A stretch of 64,000 bases of DNA. It comes from the human T2T-CHM13v2.0 reference genome, Homo sapiens. Shown here piece after piece: positions 29,423 through 42,348 of the stretch. The position numbers and the translations under genes are program-made. How positions within the stretch are numbered: the stretch's first letter is position 1; every line of letters begins with the position of its first letter. The DNA lies in NCBI RefSeq assembly GCF_009914755.1, contig NC_060930.1, one strand, 5' to 3'. The notes below the pieces were generated by a model. The model did not search any database. It was not told the origin of the DNA and saw only the letters and a list, made by a program, of their open reading frames with translations.

Positions 29423-29600
29423 CATGGTTTTCAACCCTGACTGCACAACTAATGCCCAAATAAATTTTTTTTAAATACACAAAAGCAGGCCCCAACCCAG
29501 ATCAATTAAATCAAATATCTGTGAGTGGGTCTTGGTATCTTCATTTTTTTAAAGAGCTGTTTGGGAGGTTCTAACATGTAGCCAGGGCTTAGAACCACTG
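29423..29600. mobile_element. MER5-like hAT MITE
   Basis: CATGGTTTTCAACCCTG ... CAGGGCTTAGAACCACTG terminal inverted repeats, ~180 bp. Confidence 0.7.
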
Positions 29601-31399
29601 TATCTCCTCCAGAGACACTCCAATGTCCAAAATCCCCAGACAGAAGAAAATACCAAGATAGTTTACATGGTAATTGGAGGCAGCAGCCCCAGCAGTTATG
29701 AAAACAACTTCTGGACTCTTCTTTTCTGCAGCAACCAGCATTTCCAAGGAAGACATGCTAAGTTGCCACCCTCTCCAACTACGAATCTATAGACAAGATT
29801 CTTCCCAGCTCCAGCCACCTGTAGGTTCTGCTAAGAAGACCAATACCCTACATAAGAAGAGATACTATGTGATATGGAATTAAGAGCCATCAGAACTCAA
29901 CAATTCTGACTGCACAATTATTAATGCACACTCTTCTGCCTACCTAGTGCATAGGCTAGGGGATATTCAAAGAGGTCCTTAAGTTGTTGTCCTTAGCGGT
30001 CCTCCAGGCACTATAAAGATTGATGACATTTTTTTTCTTAGAATATTTCTGTAAAAGTTCTCATAAGTAAAGTCTGGGAGCCTCATTTCTAATGTTTTCC
30101 TTTCTACAGCTGAATTCATGAAAAAGCAGAATCCAAAATTATATTCCTTAAATATACAATATTTTCAGTCTTTTACACGTATTGAAGATCTGTTAACCAC
30201 CAACAGATGTATTATACAGTGGTTTCCTTTGGACAAAATTAAAGCTTTCATCCCCAGAATCCCTCTAGCTGCTTCAAGGTGTGTTGAGCCCAAAGCATAA
30301 TTTAGTGTTTGCTCCACTGTGGCTAATTAAAATATGCTTTAGGTGGTTCAGCTATTTTCCCAAGCAACTTGTCCCCCTGAGTTGATCTAGTTCTTTCCTT
30401 CCTTCCTTTTGTTTCTGTGATTCATCCAACAATCATGTTATTTCAGAAACCACGGTGCAGAGAATAATCATTAGCCAACTTTAGTTGAAATGCAACATTA
30501 ATCCTTAATTTATTCTTCTGAGGAAAGTCATGCTTAAGCATTCTTTCATTCATTTTCCATGAAGAGCTAAGCTTTCAGCCCAAATTGTGTCAATGGTAGC
30601 TTCCCAAATGAAATTCCAGCATGCTTTCAGACTCAGGCACCACAGGGATGCAGGTGGATGAGAAAAAGCTCAATTTAAATTGAGTTAGAAACTTCTGGAC
30701 ATTACTTTCACTGAATAACCTTGTAGTAAACCCATCTAATGAAAATCAGATCTCATTCAGAGCAGGGAAATTTGCTTTCCTGGATGAAACTAAATTGGTC
30801 CCATAAGATCTATTACCCCAAGAGCTAAAGGTCCTGTCTACACAGCACTAAATAAAGTGGTCAATGAATTTAGCCAAAATCCCTAAAAAATAACAAAATA
30901 TTCTCTTAAAATTTAAATCCTTTTAGGGAACATATTGAATAGGTTGATTCATATTTGTTAATGGGTTTCAGGCACACTTGTTCCTTGATCAAATAAATAT
31001 ACTGCTAATGAACAGATATGTTTGAGTGTTTTCTGTGTGTTCAGTCAGAACTGTATTGAGTCAGAAAGAGATATGCTAGGTGTATAATTCTGATGCAGTA
31101 AAAAAACAACAAGTTTACATGACTTCTGCTATTCATTATATGTTATGATGCAATATAACACTTGCATGTTTGGAAATTTGGGTTTTTTTCTCTTTTGATG
31201 GAAAAAACAAATCTAAGTCATTTCCATTTTAATTACCAGAACTAGCATAATGAATAATGCATAGTAAGTTCTTAAAGAGTGTGTGTGGCATGAATAAACA
31301 AGTGAATAAATGAACGAATATTTTTCAGGCATATGGGGCCCATTAAGCTGAGAGTTCATAGTAACAAAAACACTCTGTCAAGTACTATTACACCTAGAG

Positions 31400-31680
31400 A
31401 TTGCTCCATTTTCACCAAAATCCATGTTTTCTTCTCCTTGAGTATATAGGTAATCCCCCTTTTTGCAGCCTCCCTTGCATTGGATGTGGCCCTATGATGA
31501 GATCTAGCCAATGGAATATGAGTGAAAGAGGTATGAGCCACTTCCAGGTCTCACTCATAAAACTGTCCATGCTCCTCCCCTTCGAGCTAATTGGAATTGA
31601 GACAAGCACAGTGAACTTGAAGTTCACACGTATGTGATAGCAGAGCTTCATCAACCTGAGACCCTGAATGGCAGTGGAGA
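31400..31680 (+). mobile_element. MLT1J-like LTR remnant
   Basis: CAGCCTCCCTTGCA..GGATGTGGCC..ATG..GAG.TCTAGCCAATGGAATATGAGTG..AG is a typical old-MLT1 block. Confidence 0.6.
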
Positions 31681-31699
31681 CTTCTCACAATCCCAGAAG

Positions 31700-31820
31700 A
31701 TATGTTTATTATTATCCCAACTTTACCAATGAGAAAACTGAGTCAGAGAAGTTAATCATAGATAATAAGGGGCAGTAAGGGACCTGAACTGGAGCCACTT
31801 CTGCCTCAGTCATCATATTC
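31700..31820 (-). mobile_element. MIR fragment
   Basis: TTATTATTATCCC..TTTAC..ATGAGAAAACTGAG.CAGAGAAGTTAA is the reverse MIR core. Confidence 0.6.
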
Positions 31821-32701
31821 TTCTTCAAAAATACTCAGAAGCTTTAAAGGAGCATCTGAATCATTGGCCTATAACCTCTCCCAGATGACCGTTCCCATAA
31901 CCTGAAATTAAAGTAATGATTTTTTTCAATATGCCATTTTCCGTCTGTCCCCATTCACTTGCTCCCTCCCTTCTAACAGATCATTTGCCCCTGCAAGTGC
32001 ATATCATGATGGCACACCCACTTAGTGAGACTCCCCCAGAACTGCCATAACTTCTGTCTTATCCTAGTTATTGTGTCTACCTCTCAAACAATGCCATCCT
32101 GCCTGTTCATTAACTGATTTTTGACAGTGACATAGAATAGAGCTTACGCATTCTGTAAGGTTTTCTCCATTTAAAACAAAACAAAACAAAAGCACAATTA
32201 ATATTGCACAAGGTTGGCCAAAAAACCCTAAAGGTTTTTATATTTTGCTACAAAAACATTCACATTAAAATATTCAGAAACAGGTAGGTGAACTCATTTA
32301 AAGGTTATGTAATGTTCAAATATGTCTATAACATACAATAACACCTAATATAAAAGCAAAATTAAGAAATCAGAATATTCTCTTTAACTGAAATGGCCAA
32401 TTAGCTGAGAATTAATGCATTTATCCAATAAAACTCCCCAAGGCAGAGATGCATTTAAGATGGGGACATGGAACTAAGCTCCGGGGGTGCCCACACAAAT
32501 AGGCAGAACTTTAAAATGGCCTCGTACAAAAGGAATGTTATCTCCAATGGCCTTAATAACACACAATCCACCTAGGAGAGAAATAAATATTTTGCCCCTG
32601 AAATTTCTTACATGCAGAGCAGAGAAACTCACATACATGAAGCAGTTCATGAAGAGTGTTGTATATTTCACAAGTCAAATGGAATTTAGAACCTGAGACT
32701 C

Positions 32702-32868
32702 GGCTGAGCATGGTGGCTCATGCCTGTAATCTCCGCATTTTGAGAGACTGAGGTGGAAGGATCACTTGAGCCCAGGAGTTAGAGGCTTCAGTGAGCCGTA
32801 ACCATGCCACTGCACTCCAGCCTAGATGACAGAGTGACACCCTGTTTTTAAAAAAATAAAATAAAATA
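32702..32868 (+). mobile_element. Old monomeric Alu (FRAM/FAM-like)
   Basis: GGCTGAGCATGGTGGCTCATGCCTGTAATC...GGATCACTTGAGCCCAGGAG..GAGGCTTCAGTGAGC...ACTCCAGCCT followed by an A-tail. TGAGACT is repeated on both flanks. Confidence 0.85.
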
Positions 32869-33181
32869 TGAGACTGTAGCTGACTCAGAAGCAAAAGGGA
32901 AAGACAACGAACCACAGATTCCAATTCCTACTTGTGTGTCTTGATGACCAAAATCAATATACAAAATCTTTTCAGTAACTTCATAAGCATTATATTTGCT
33001 CTAAATATCAGAGCTGATACCCAGCCATTTGGACAAGTATTATATTCCCATATTCTACCCTCGGCTTCCATCTTCCCCAGGATATCTGCTGCTCTAGAGT
33101 CACAATACTAATGGCACAGAAACATTTTTGAGTCAAGAAAATCTAAATGAAATTGGGTGTGCTTAGGTTTCATAAATGGTG

Positions 33182-33297
33182 TTTTTAAAAGTTTATTTAG
33201 AGATAGAGTCTCGCTATGTTGCCCAGGCTGGACTCAAACTCTTGGGTTCAAGTGATCTTCCTGCCTCAACCTCCCAAGTAGCTAGGATTATAGGCAT
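33182..33297 (-). mobile_element. FLAM-like Alu monomer
   Basis: GAGATAGAGTCTCGCTATGTTGCCCAGGCTGGACTCAAACTCTTGGGTTCAAGTGATC... Confidence 0.85.
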
Positions 33298-34207
33298 TCA
33301 AACAAAATGTTAACTGCTGAAAATATTGATATTTCTTATATCATTGTTTTACAAAAGTCTTTAGATAAAAAAGTCCCCCAAAAATATAGATGGTTATGGC
33401 ACACGTATCCCAAAAGTAAATTTGATTCAGCCCTGGAACATACTCTCTACTTGAACCTCAACTATATGTAAAAATACAAATAAAGAAATGGTCAGTGGAC
33501 AGACTTTTAATTTTAAAATTATTTTATTTGCCATTGTAGTGTATTGTTGCATACTATCTGGGGCCATTTCCAGAATAGGTAATGAAGAGATATCACAAAG
33601 GACCAATCAAGAGAAGGATGGATGGAGCTCATCAGTTCACCCTTAGAAAACTGCTAGTGCATATCAGTTTTCATTCACAGATGGAAAAATTAGAAACAAT
33701 AAGGAAAACGCAGTCTTTCATAAAGTTAAATGTATTCAATTCAAAGAACTATAATTTTAAGATTATATCATTTCTGTTCTTCAGTATTCAACTGTGCTTT
33801 CTTTAATGAAATGATATAACTATATGGGATAGTTGCTAGTATTTGCCTATAATTGGCAAAATAAAAAAGTTATCAATTCTATTCTATACCCAAAGGTATG
33901 TTCCTGAGATTCTACTGCTCCATAGAATGCAACATCTAGAAGTCACTAAACTAGTTCACTGTCTTTCTCATAAATTGTAGTTTAAATATGGCAATAGATG
34001 ATGAATACAGGATTTCTTTGATAAGTCTCCAGATGATTTACCCATAGACTGGAGTGTTGAAGACTAGAAGTGTTTTTCTGGTATTTTCTGTGTACTCAGT
34101 AGAGATCTAAGAATTCCCAGTGGAGAGGGAAATCCCTGGTCGGTCCTTTTCAACAAAGAGTTTACAGAATAGTTAAAACCAACAAGCACCTACATGAACT
34201 AGAAAGG

Positions 34208-34210
<3 letters not shown>

Positions 34211-34242
<32 letters not shown>
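34211..34242. repeat. (CA)16 microsatellite
   Basis: Uninterrupted CA run. Confidence 0.97.
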
Positions 34243-34245
<3 letters not shown>

Positions 34246-35213
34246 CTTTCTGAATAGACAGAAAAGCATTAAAAAGAAATCATGGAGAGAGTGCATATTG
34301 ATGTGGAGGAAAGCAAAGTGACCGGCTCGGCTACCATAAATAGGGTCCAGAGAAGTGAAAGGAACTGGGCACAGAGGAACCTCTTGACAGAAGGCTTTAA
34401 AAAACGTGCCCAGAATTTAGTCAGAAGCTCATGGAAGACTAATGCCCATCATACTCAAACTAAGAATCAGGTTCAACCAGGAGTGAAGAGGCAAGGAAAT
34501 GTCTGAGGACCCCAAAATTCACTCTCTCCTTTCAGTCACAAGCTACAAATAAGCCTCCATTAACAGTTATTTTAGATCAACTTAAAAGTTTTAAAGACAT
34601 CAAGCCCAGTTATGAGTCTAGCAGCATAATTTATGTGAGACATGAGTCAACTGTGGTCTAGTTTACGCATTCTCAACAGAGAGAAAATTGGTTGATGGTG
34701 GGGCACGAAAAAATTCTTAGATATTACAATGGTTTGTGTTCTTCCAAAGCTTCGTCCTATCTGAAAAAATATTATTTCTCAATGTTTAATTTCTCTCACT
34801 AGGGAAAAAATAATTTTAATTAAATTAACTAATTCACAGACATAAATTTTAATTTTATTCCATTTTTCTTCTCAGAGAGGCAACAATGAATGGAGTTTGA
34901 GAAACATTGGTCTGGATTTAGAAAGAAAACGAGATGTAGCTTTACTAATGACATTTCTTTTTTGCATTTTGTAATGAAGATTGTCTTTAGTGTCTCAGTT
35001 GCCATTTCAGCATTCTTTTCTCTTCCTGTGGAGTCCCTGGTCCCAAGTTCTGACACACAATTTTTTTTTGCACTCAGGAAAATATTTGCCATATCAATCA
35101 TGTATACATTAGGGAAAATTTAAGACAAGTTTTGTCCTTTTGGCATATTGGAATTATAAGGCTTTTATCACACTATGGAATAAAAGGATTACTCCATTGT
35201 TAACCTTAATAAT

Positions 35214-35245
35214 TATCACATCACATCACATCACATCACCTCACA
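35214..35245. repeat. (ATCAC)n pentanucleotide repeat
   Basis: ATCACATCACATCACATCACATCACCTCACA. Confidence 0.9.
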
Positions 35246-35419
35246 GGGGCACACACTTGCTGGGTTTAAAACTGTTTTTGTACTGATTAGCAGACATTCT
35301 TCCAGATGTGCCAGGTAGTCATTGCCCTTACTATAATACTTAGACTTCATTGCCCAAATGTGTCAAGACCCAGGACCCAAAAGGCATTATGACCAACAAG
35401 GAGTGGGCATATGGTAGTA

Positions 35420-35840
35420 GCTAAAGCTTATTAAGCTCTTACTATGTGCTAGGCCCTGTTCACATCACTGTATGTGCCCAACTCTATGAAGCTCCAAACA
35501 ACTAAAGCAGCTACTAATAATAGTATCTAATCTATTTTAGAGATGAAGAAACTAAAAAGAGAAAAGTTAAGCTCTATGCCAGGTTACACACCCAGCAAAA
35601 ACCAGAGCAAAGGTTTATACCCTGCTAATTTTACACCAGAGCTTGCTTCCTGAAGCACTTCACAATACTGCCTTGGAAACTGGTTCAGAGAAGGAACTCT
35701 TGGGCCTGGTAGATCAGCATTCAAATCCTGTCTCTACCATTTCCTACTTGTGTGACTTTGAACTAATTACCTACTTTATCTGAGCCTGTGTTTGCAGTTT
35801 GCTCACCTCATAGGGATATTATAAGGCATAAATGAGATTG
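35420..35840. mobile_element. Two head-to-head MIR elements (minus ~35420-35673, plus ~35680-35840)
   Basis: A reverse MIR (TTACTATGTGCTAGGC...ATTTTAGAGATGAAGAAACT) followed by a forward MIR (TTCAAATCCTGTCTCTACCATTTCCTACTTGTGTGACTTTG...CCTCATAGGG). Confidence 0.7.
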
Positions 35841-37369
35841 TGCCTCGCTGAACAAAGCAGGACTTAAATAATAATCAAGATCAATATTGTTAAGGTGTCA
35901 GTTCTTCCCAAATTGATCTATAGATTCAATGCAGTACAGCCAAAATATCAGCAAGTTATTTTGTGGATACCAACAAACTGATTCTAAAGTGTATACGGAG
36001 AGGCAAAAGACAGAATAGCCAACACAATATTGAAGGAGAAGAGCCAAGACAGAAGAATAACACTACCCAACTTTGTTTATTTTTATTTTTTTACATTTTT
36101 TTCTTTAACTTTTAGTTTAGATTTAGGGTGTACATGTGCAGGTTTGTTACACGAGTATATTGCATGATGCTGAGGCTTCAGGTATGGATCCCCTCATCCA
36201 GGTAGTGAGCATAGTAACCAATAGGTAGTTTTTCAACCAATCCCCCTTCCCTCCCTTCCCCCTCCAGTACTCACCAGTGTCTATTGTTCCCATCTTTGTG
36301 TCCATATGTACTTAGCGTTTAGCTCCCACTTATAAGTGAGAACATGTGGTATTTGGTTTTCTGTTTGTACATTAATTTGCTTATGATAATGGCCTCCAGC
36401 TGTATCCATGTTGCTGCAAAAGACATGATTTCATTCTTTTTTATGGCTGCATAGTATTCCATGGTATATGTGTACCACTTTTTTTTTAATCCAATCCATT
36501 ATTGATGGGCACCTAGGTTGATTCCATGTCTTTGCTGTTCTGACTAGTGCTGCAATGAATATATGCATGCATGTGTCTTTATGGTAGAATGATTTGATTT
36601 CTTTTGGGTATATAGCCAGTAATGGGATTGGTGGATCAAATGATAGCTCTGTTTTAAGTTCTTTGAGAAACCTCCAAACTGCTTTCCACAGTGGCTGAAC
36701 TAATTTGCATTCCCACCAACACTGTATAAACATTCCCTTTTCTCCGCAGCCTCACCAGCATCTGTTAGTTTTTACTTTTTAATTATAGCCATTCTGATTG
36801 GTGTACAATGATATCTCATTGTGGCTTTGATTTGCATTTCTCTGATGATTAGTGAAAAACTTTTTTTAATTATTTGTTGGCCACTTGTATGTCTCCCTTT
36901 GGGAAGTATCTGCTCATGTCCTCTGCCCATTTTTTGATGGGCTTATTTGGTTTTTGCTTGTTGATTTAAGTTCCTTATAGATTATGGATATTAGACCTTT
37001 GTCAGATGCATAGTTTGCAAATATTTTATCCCATTCTGTAGGTTGTCTGTTTACTCTGTTAATAGTTCTTTTCCTTGCAGAAGCTCTTTAATCTAATTAG
37101 GTTCCACTTGTCAATTTTTTGTTACAATTGCTTTTGGAAAATTAACCAAGAATTCCTTGCCAAGGCCAATAACAAGAAGGGTATTTCCTAGGTTTTCTTC
37201 TAGAATTTTTATAGTTTCAGGTCTTACATTTAGAATTTTAATGAATCTTGAGTTAATTTTGTATATGGTGAAAGGTAGGAAGGTAGGGGTCCAGTTTCGT
37301 TCTTCTGCCTATGACTAACCAGTTATCCCTGCACCACTTATTGAATAGGGAGTCCTTTCCCATTTGCTT

Positions 37370-37569
37370 GTTTCTGTTGGCCTTGTCAAAGACCAGATGG
37401 CTGTAGAGGTGTGAATTTATTTCTGGGTTCTCGATTCTGTTCCACTGGTCTATGTGTCTGTTTTTATACTGGTTTCTGTTGGCCTTGTCAAAGACCAGAT
37501 GGCTGTAGAGGTGTGGATTTATTTCTGGGTTCTCTATTCTGTTCCACTGGTCTATGTGTCTGTTTTTAT
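37370..37569. repeat. 102-bp-period tandem duplication inside the L1
   Basis: 37370-37467 and 37472-37569 match over 98 bp with 2 substitutions. Confidence 0.95.
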
Positions 37570-38561
37570 TCCAGTACCATGTTGTTTTGGTTACTATATC
37601 CTTGTAGTATAGTTTGAAGTTGGGTAGTGTGATGCCTCTGACTTTGTTCTTTTTGCTTAGGATTGCTTTGCCTATTCAGGCTCATTTTGGGTTGCATATA
37701 TTTAGGATACTTTTTCTAATTCTGTGAAAAACTATGTTGGTAGTTTGAAAGAAATAGTATTGAATCTGTACATTGCTTTGGGCAATATGGCCATTTTAAT
37801 GATATTGACTATTCCAATCCATGACCATGGAATGCTTTTTTCATTTATTTCTATCATCTCTGATTTCTTTGAGGAGTGTTTTGTAGTTCTCTTTATAGCG
37901 ATCTTTCCCTTCCTTGGTTAGCTGTATTCCCAGATATTTCACTTTTTTGTTTGTGGTAAATGAAAGTACATTCTTAACTTGACTCTCAGCATGAACATTA
38001 TAGGTGTATAGAAATGCCACTGATTTTTTTACATTGATTTTTGTATCCTGAAACTTTGCAAAAGTCATTGATCTGTTCTAGAAGCCTTTTGGCAGAGTCT
38101 TTAGGGTTTTGTAGATACAGAATCATATTGTCAGCAAAGAGAGATAGTTTGACATCTTTTCCTATTTGGATGCCTTCCATTTCTTTCTCTTGCCTGATTA
38201 CTCTGGCTAGGACTTCCATTACTATGCTGAATAGTAGTGAAAGAGTGGACATCCTTATCTTGTTCCAGTTCTCAAGAGGAATCATTCCAGCTTTTGTCTG
38301 TTCAGTATAATGTTGGCTGTGGGTTTGTCTTAGATGACTGTTATTATCTTTAGGTATGTTTTTTCAATGCCTACTCTGTTGAAGGTTTTTATCATAAAGG
38401 GATGCTAGATTTTATCAAAAGCTTTTTCTGCAAATATTGAGATGATCATATGATTTTTGCTTTTAATTCCATTTATGTGATGAATCACATTTACTGATTT
38501 GCATATGTTGAACCACCCTTGCATTCTAGAAATAAAGCCTACCTGATCATGGTGTCTTAAC

Positions 38562-38861
38562 TTTTTTTTTTTTTTTTTTTGAGATGGAGTCTCACTCTGT
38601 CACCCAGGAGGGAGTGCAGTGACACAGTCTTGGCTCACTGCAGTCTCTGCCTCCCAGGATCAAGCAATTCTCCTGCCTCAGCCTCTTGAGTAGCTGGGAT
38701 TACAGGTGCACACCACCACACCCAGCTAATTTTTGTATTTTTAGTAGAGACGGGGTTTCACCATGTTGGCCAGACTGGTCTCAAACTCCTGACCTCATGT
38801 GATCCACCCTCCTTGTCTTCCCGAAGTGCTGGGATTATAGGCGTGAGCCACCACACCAGGC
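38562..38861 (-). mobile_element. AluS (Sx-like)
   Basis: Full dimeric Alu with poly(T). TSD TGGTGT(C/G)TTAACTTTTT at 38550-38566 and 38862-38878. Confidence 0.95.
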
Positions 38862-41659
38862 TGGTGTGTTAACTTTTTGATGTGCTGCTGTACTTGGTTT
38901 GCTAGTACTTTATTGAGGATTTTTGTGTCTGTATTCCTCAGGGATATTGGCCTGAAGTTTTCTTTTTTCATTGTGTCTCTTCCAGATTTTGGTATCAGGC
39001 TGATACTGTCTTCATTGAATGAGTTAGAGAGGATCCTCTCCTTCTCAATTTTTCGGAATCGTTTCAGTAGATTGGTACCATTTCTTCTTTGTACATCTGA
39101 TAGAATTCAGCTGTAGACCCAACTGGTCCAGGGCTTTTTTTGGTCAGTAAGTTTTTTATTACTGACTCCATTTTGGAACTTGTTATTGGTCTGTTCAAGT
39201 TTTCACTTTCTTTATGGTTCAATCTCGGGAGGTTGTGTGTTTCCAGGAATTTTTTTTTCATTTCCTCTATATTTTCTAATTTATTTGCATAGAGTTGTTC
39301 ATTATAGTCCCCGAGGATCTTTTGTATTTTTGTGGGATTAGTTGTAATGTCAACTTTGTCATTTCTGGTTATACTTAGTTGGATCTTCTTTGTTTTTCTT
39401 TGTTAATCTAGCTAGCAACTACCCAATTTTAACACTTACTATAAAGCTACAGTAATCAAGACAGTGTCTTACTAGCAAAAGAATAAACACATAGATCAAT
39501 GGAACAGATAGACAGCCCAGAAATAGATCCACACAGATATAGTCAACTGATCTTTGACAAAGAAGCAAAGGCAATACAAAGAAAAAATGAGTTATACAGG
39601 GAATCTGCACCTCCCATTCAATGTTGCTATAAACCTAAAACTCCTCTAAAGAATAGTCTATTTAAAAAAGGAAAAATCATCAGGACAGGCTACAAAATCA
39701 AGACTAGGAAGACAGAGGAAGAAGAGTCTTCTCAGTTTACAATCTTCTGAGCCCAAGTATCTAGGATAGCACTTAAGGAGGTAACAATGAAAAGATAAGT
39801 GCAGAATCTTCAGATAACAAGAGAATACAGTCAGGCACATGGTCAGCCAGATTGCTAGGGGCCACTCAGACAACAGTAGAGAAAAGAACTGAATATCTGT
39901 GTTGACAAGTTGTGCTGGTGACCAAAATACTCCTGAGATGTCTCCTTCCTAGCTCCAGATCCCATCCCAGAACAAGCCCTTCTCCAGAGGCAAAGCTTCC
40001 ACCTCTCCCACTCGTCTATAGCTTTTTGAACATATCGAACAAAGATGTAAAGGGTGTACTAGTTAAGCTCTTGTTGAATTCCTATAACAATATTGGAAAG
40101 AATATACAACACTTCAACGCAGACAAATGATGACAAACCACCGAGAGGGCTATGGGAATGAATGTTCTAAAAGAGCCAGGAACCAGGAAGCTCTGCTTCC
40201 TGGAATCAAATACAGGCCAAAAAACATTCTCACCTGGTAGCCTCAAACATATCACATGATTAGAAGATGCTGCCAAAAACTGAGATCAAAAGAATGGAGA
40301 GAAGGAGGGGAAGAGAGACCCAATATTTTCCCCTAGGACCAAGGTAATGGCACTTAGTAGCGTGACCCACTCTATGGCACCTTAGAAACAAAAGGTCACC
40401 ATCCAAGTGCAAACAAACTTCTTTCCCTGCTGTGACTGCATTTCATAACTTTTGTTGCACTTCCTAATATGGAGCCACTCCATCTATGAGGTCATTTGTT
40501 TTCCTGGAAATTCAGTTACAGGGCTTGCCAATCATTCAGATCATAGCTCTGGCTAGGAAAGCTGTGTGAGGAAAGAAATGCATTAAGCTCTTTACTGCTC
40601 TCTGTTAGGTCAGTCAAAGCATTTGAATCCCATACGATTGTCTTTAAAAAAAAAAGAAAAACCTATGCATACAAAGATAACAAGTTCCAAATGTCTTTTT
40701 CTAAAGGTATGTTTATTTTGAATCATATGTTTTTAATCTATGACAAAACAGCCTCAGTTATAATTATTCCAATGCTACATATTATCCAAAAGCCAAGAGA
40801 TAACATGCAGAAGTGATGAATGTGTTATTGGTGCTACAGAATCAATCTGTTGATTCAAAACAACAGAGTCACACAGAAAAAGGAGAAATATTAAGCAACA
40901 GATCCAATTTGCATTATGCCTGCTCGCAGAACAGAACAGTTTCAGGCCTTCCAGGTCAGTAGCAAAGGATCCTCACTTTGAGGAAGGACTCTGGTGTTAG
41001 TCACTTGCACTTTAATGTGAATTTGAATTACTCAAACCCCACACTTCATTTGCATTTGAACCTTTACCTATAATTGGAAAACAAAAAGGTTTTCTCTGGT
41101 TATTAAGGGAATTTGGAACCTTGATGAATATATAAAATAGATACAGAAAGAGAGACTGGGAAATACACAATGTGTTTAAGAAAAAAGACTTTACCAAGAG
41201 TGTTTTTAATTGCACGCTGCTGAAACGTTAGCTTTAGTGCCTCCTTAGCCTTACAACCACAGGATCTAGTGCAAGACTTTTTTTTTTTTTTGTCACATCC
41301 CATCAAGCATCAGGCTCCAAAAACGGTTTTTTGTTTATTTGTTTTGCTCTTGGTAAATATTGCCCATTTTTCAATGCATATCTCAAAATGGAGAAACTAA
41401 AAAATGATTGAGAAGACCTATCTTTTTCTGTCTTCACCACTGAAGTTTATGTCATTTCACTAATTGTTAGATGTAAAGCTTTAGACACGTATAAACTATA
41501 GGATTTAGTGAAGTGATGTAAACAATGTAGACTATCTTGTAAGTATGATACAATCCACTGAAATTCATATTTTAGAGATTTCAAAAAAGAAAGGCCCAAA
41601 ACATTGTCTAGATGGAATTTTGGAATCTTAGAGATCTCCTCCTTCCCAAGCAATGATGC

Positions 41660-42348
41660 TGTTATTGAACCAGGCCTGTTTTGCCCATGATGCAGTATGC
41701 CAATCACCAAGACAACGAGTTTTGCAGCAAAGAAAGCATTTATTTATGTAGCAGCCAAACCAAGAGATGGGAAAGCAGGTCCCAAACCCACCTCCCCAAA
41801 GATGGGGATTGGGAATCCTTATGGAATAGCGGAGCAGAGTGGTGTGAGGCAGAGAAAAGTGAGTGGGGATAAGGAAAAGTGTGGTAATCTGTATTCTGTG
41901 CAAGAATTAGTCAAGATTCATGGCCCTTCATAGGATGTATGTTTGCAAAATGGCAATATTAGCGTGATCTGAAGGTGGAGCTCATGGCCCTCTGATGTCA
42001 AAAGGTTACCCACTGGACATTTGCACAGGCCCAGCTGAAGAGTCAGTGGTCTCAACTGGCTCGAACTGGATGAGAGGAGACTGTAAGTTTTTGAAAATCA
42101 ATTTAGGCAACCGTTACCATTGTGAAACTGAAGCCTCCCTAAATTGAAGACTCCCTTCAGTTTCACAATGGTAATTTGAAAATCTTTTAGTCAACCATTA
42201 CCACAGAGAAACTGAAGGGAGTCTTGTGATACATTGCTTAGCTAAGTGATATTCAGGGTAAGTAATTTTTTTAAATAGCTAAACCAGCTAAAAGCAAGTG
42301 AAGCAGGTTAAAGTTTGGTAAACCTAGTCAGGTTTGCCCTTAGCTTCC
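41660..42348. mobile_element. ERV1-class solo LTR (MER4 group, MER67-like)
   Basis: Begins TGTTATTGAACC..., with GCCAATCAC...GTTTTGCAGCAAAGAAAGCATTTATT and CCTCCCCAAAGATGGGG blocks that I recall from MER67-type LTRs. 4-bp flanking repeat ATGC at 41656-41659 and 42349-42352. Confidence 0.65.

Larger units (their letters stand above)
36075..39417 (-). mobile_element. 5'-truncated LINE-1 (L1PA15/16-like), ~3.3 kb including a nested Alu
   Basis: T-rich tail at the left. Minus-strand ORF2 fragments: 37998-38285 ([11 protein letters not shown]), 36431-36733 ([13 protein letters not shown]), 39064-39261. TSD ACTACCCAA(C/T)TTT at 36062-36074 and 39418-39430, with a TT/AAAA nick site on the minus strand. 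Confidence 0.92.
35875..39670 (+). mobile_element. Old L1 (L1MB/MC-like) fragment split by the L1PA insertion: 35875-36074 and 39418-39670
   Basis: ORF2 sequence (TTCCCAAATTGATCTATAGATTCAATGCA...) resumes colinearly after the insertion (ACTTACTATAAAGCTACAGTAATCAAGACAGTG; ORF 39499 EQIDSPEIDPHRYSQLIFDK). Confidence 0.75.

Noticed and set aside
30669-30684. Perfect 16-bp palindrome CTCAATTTAAATTGAG
   Set aside because: About one such palindrome is expected by chance in 64 kb (64000/4^8), and more in AT-rich DNA.
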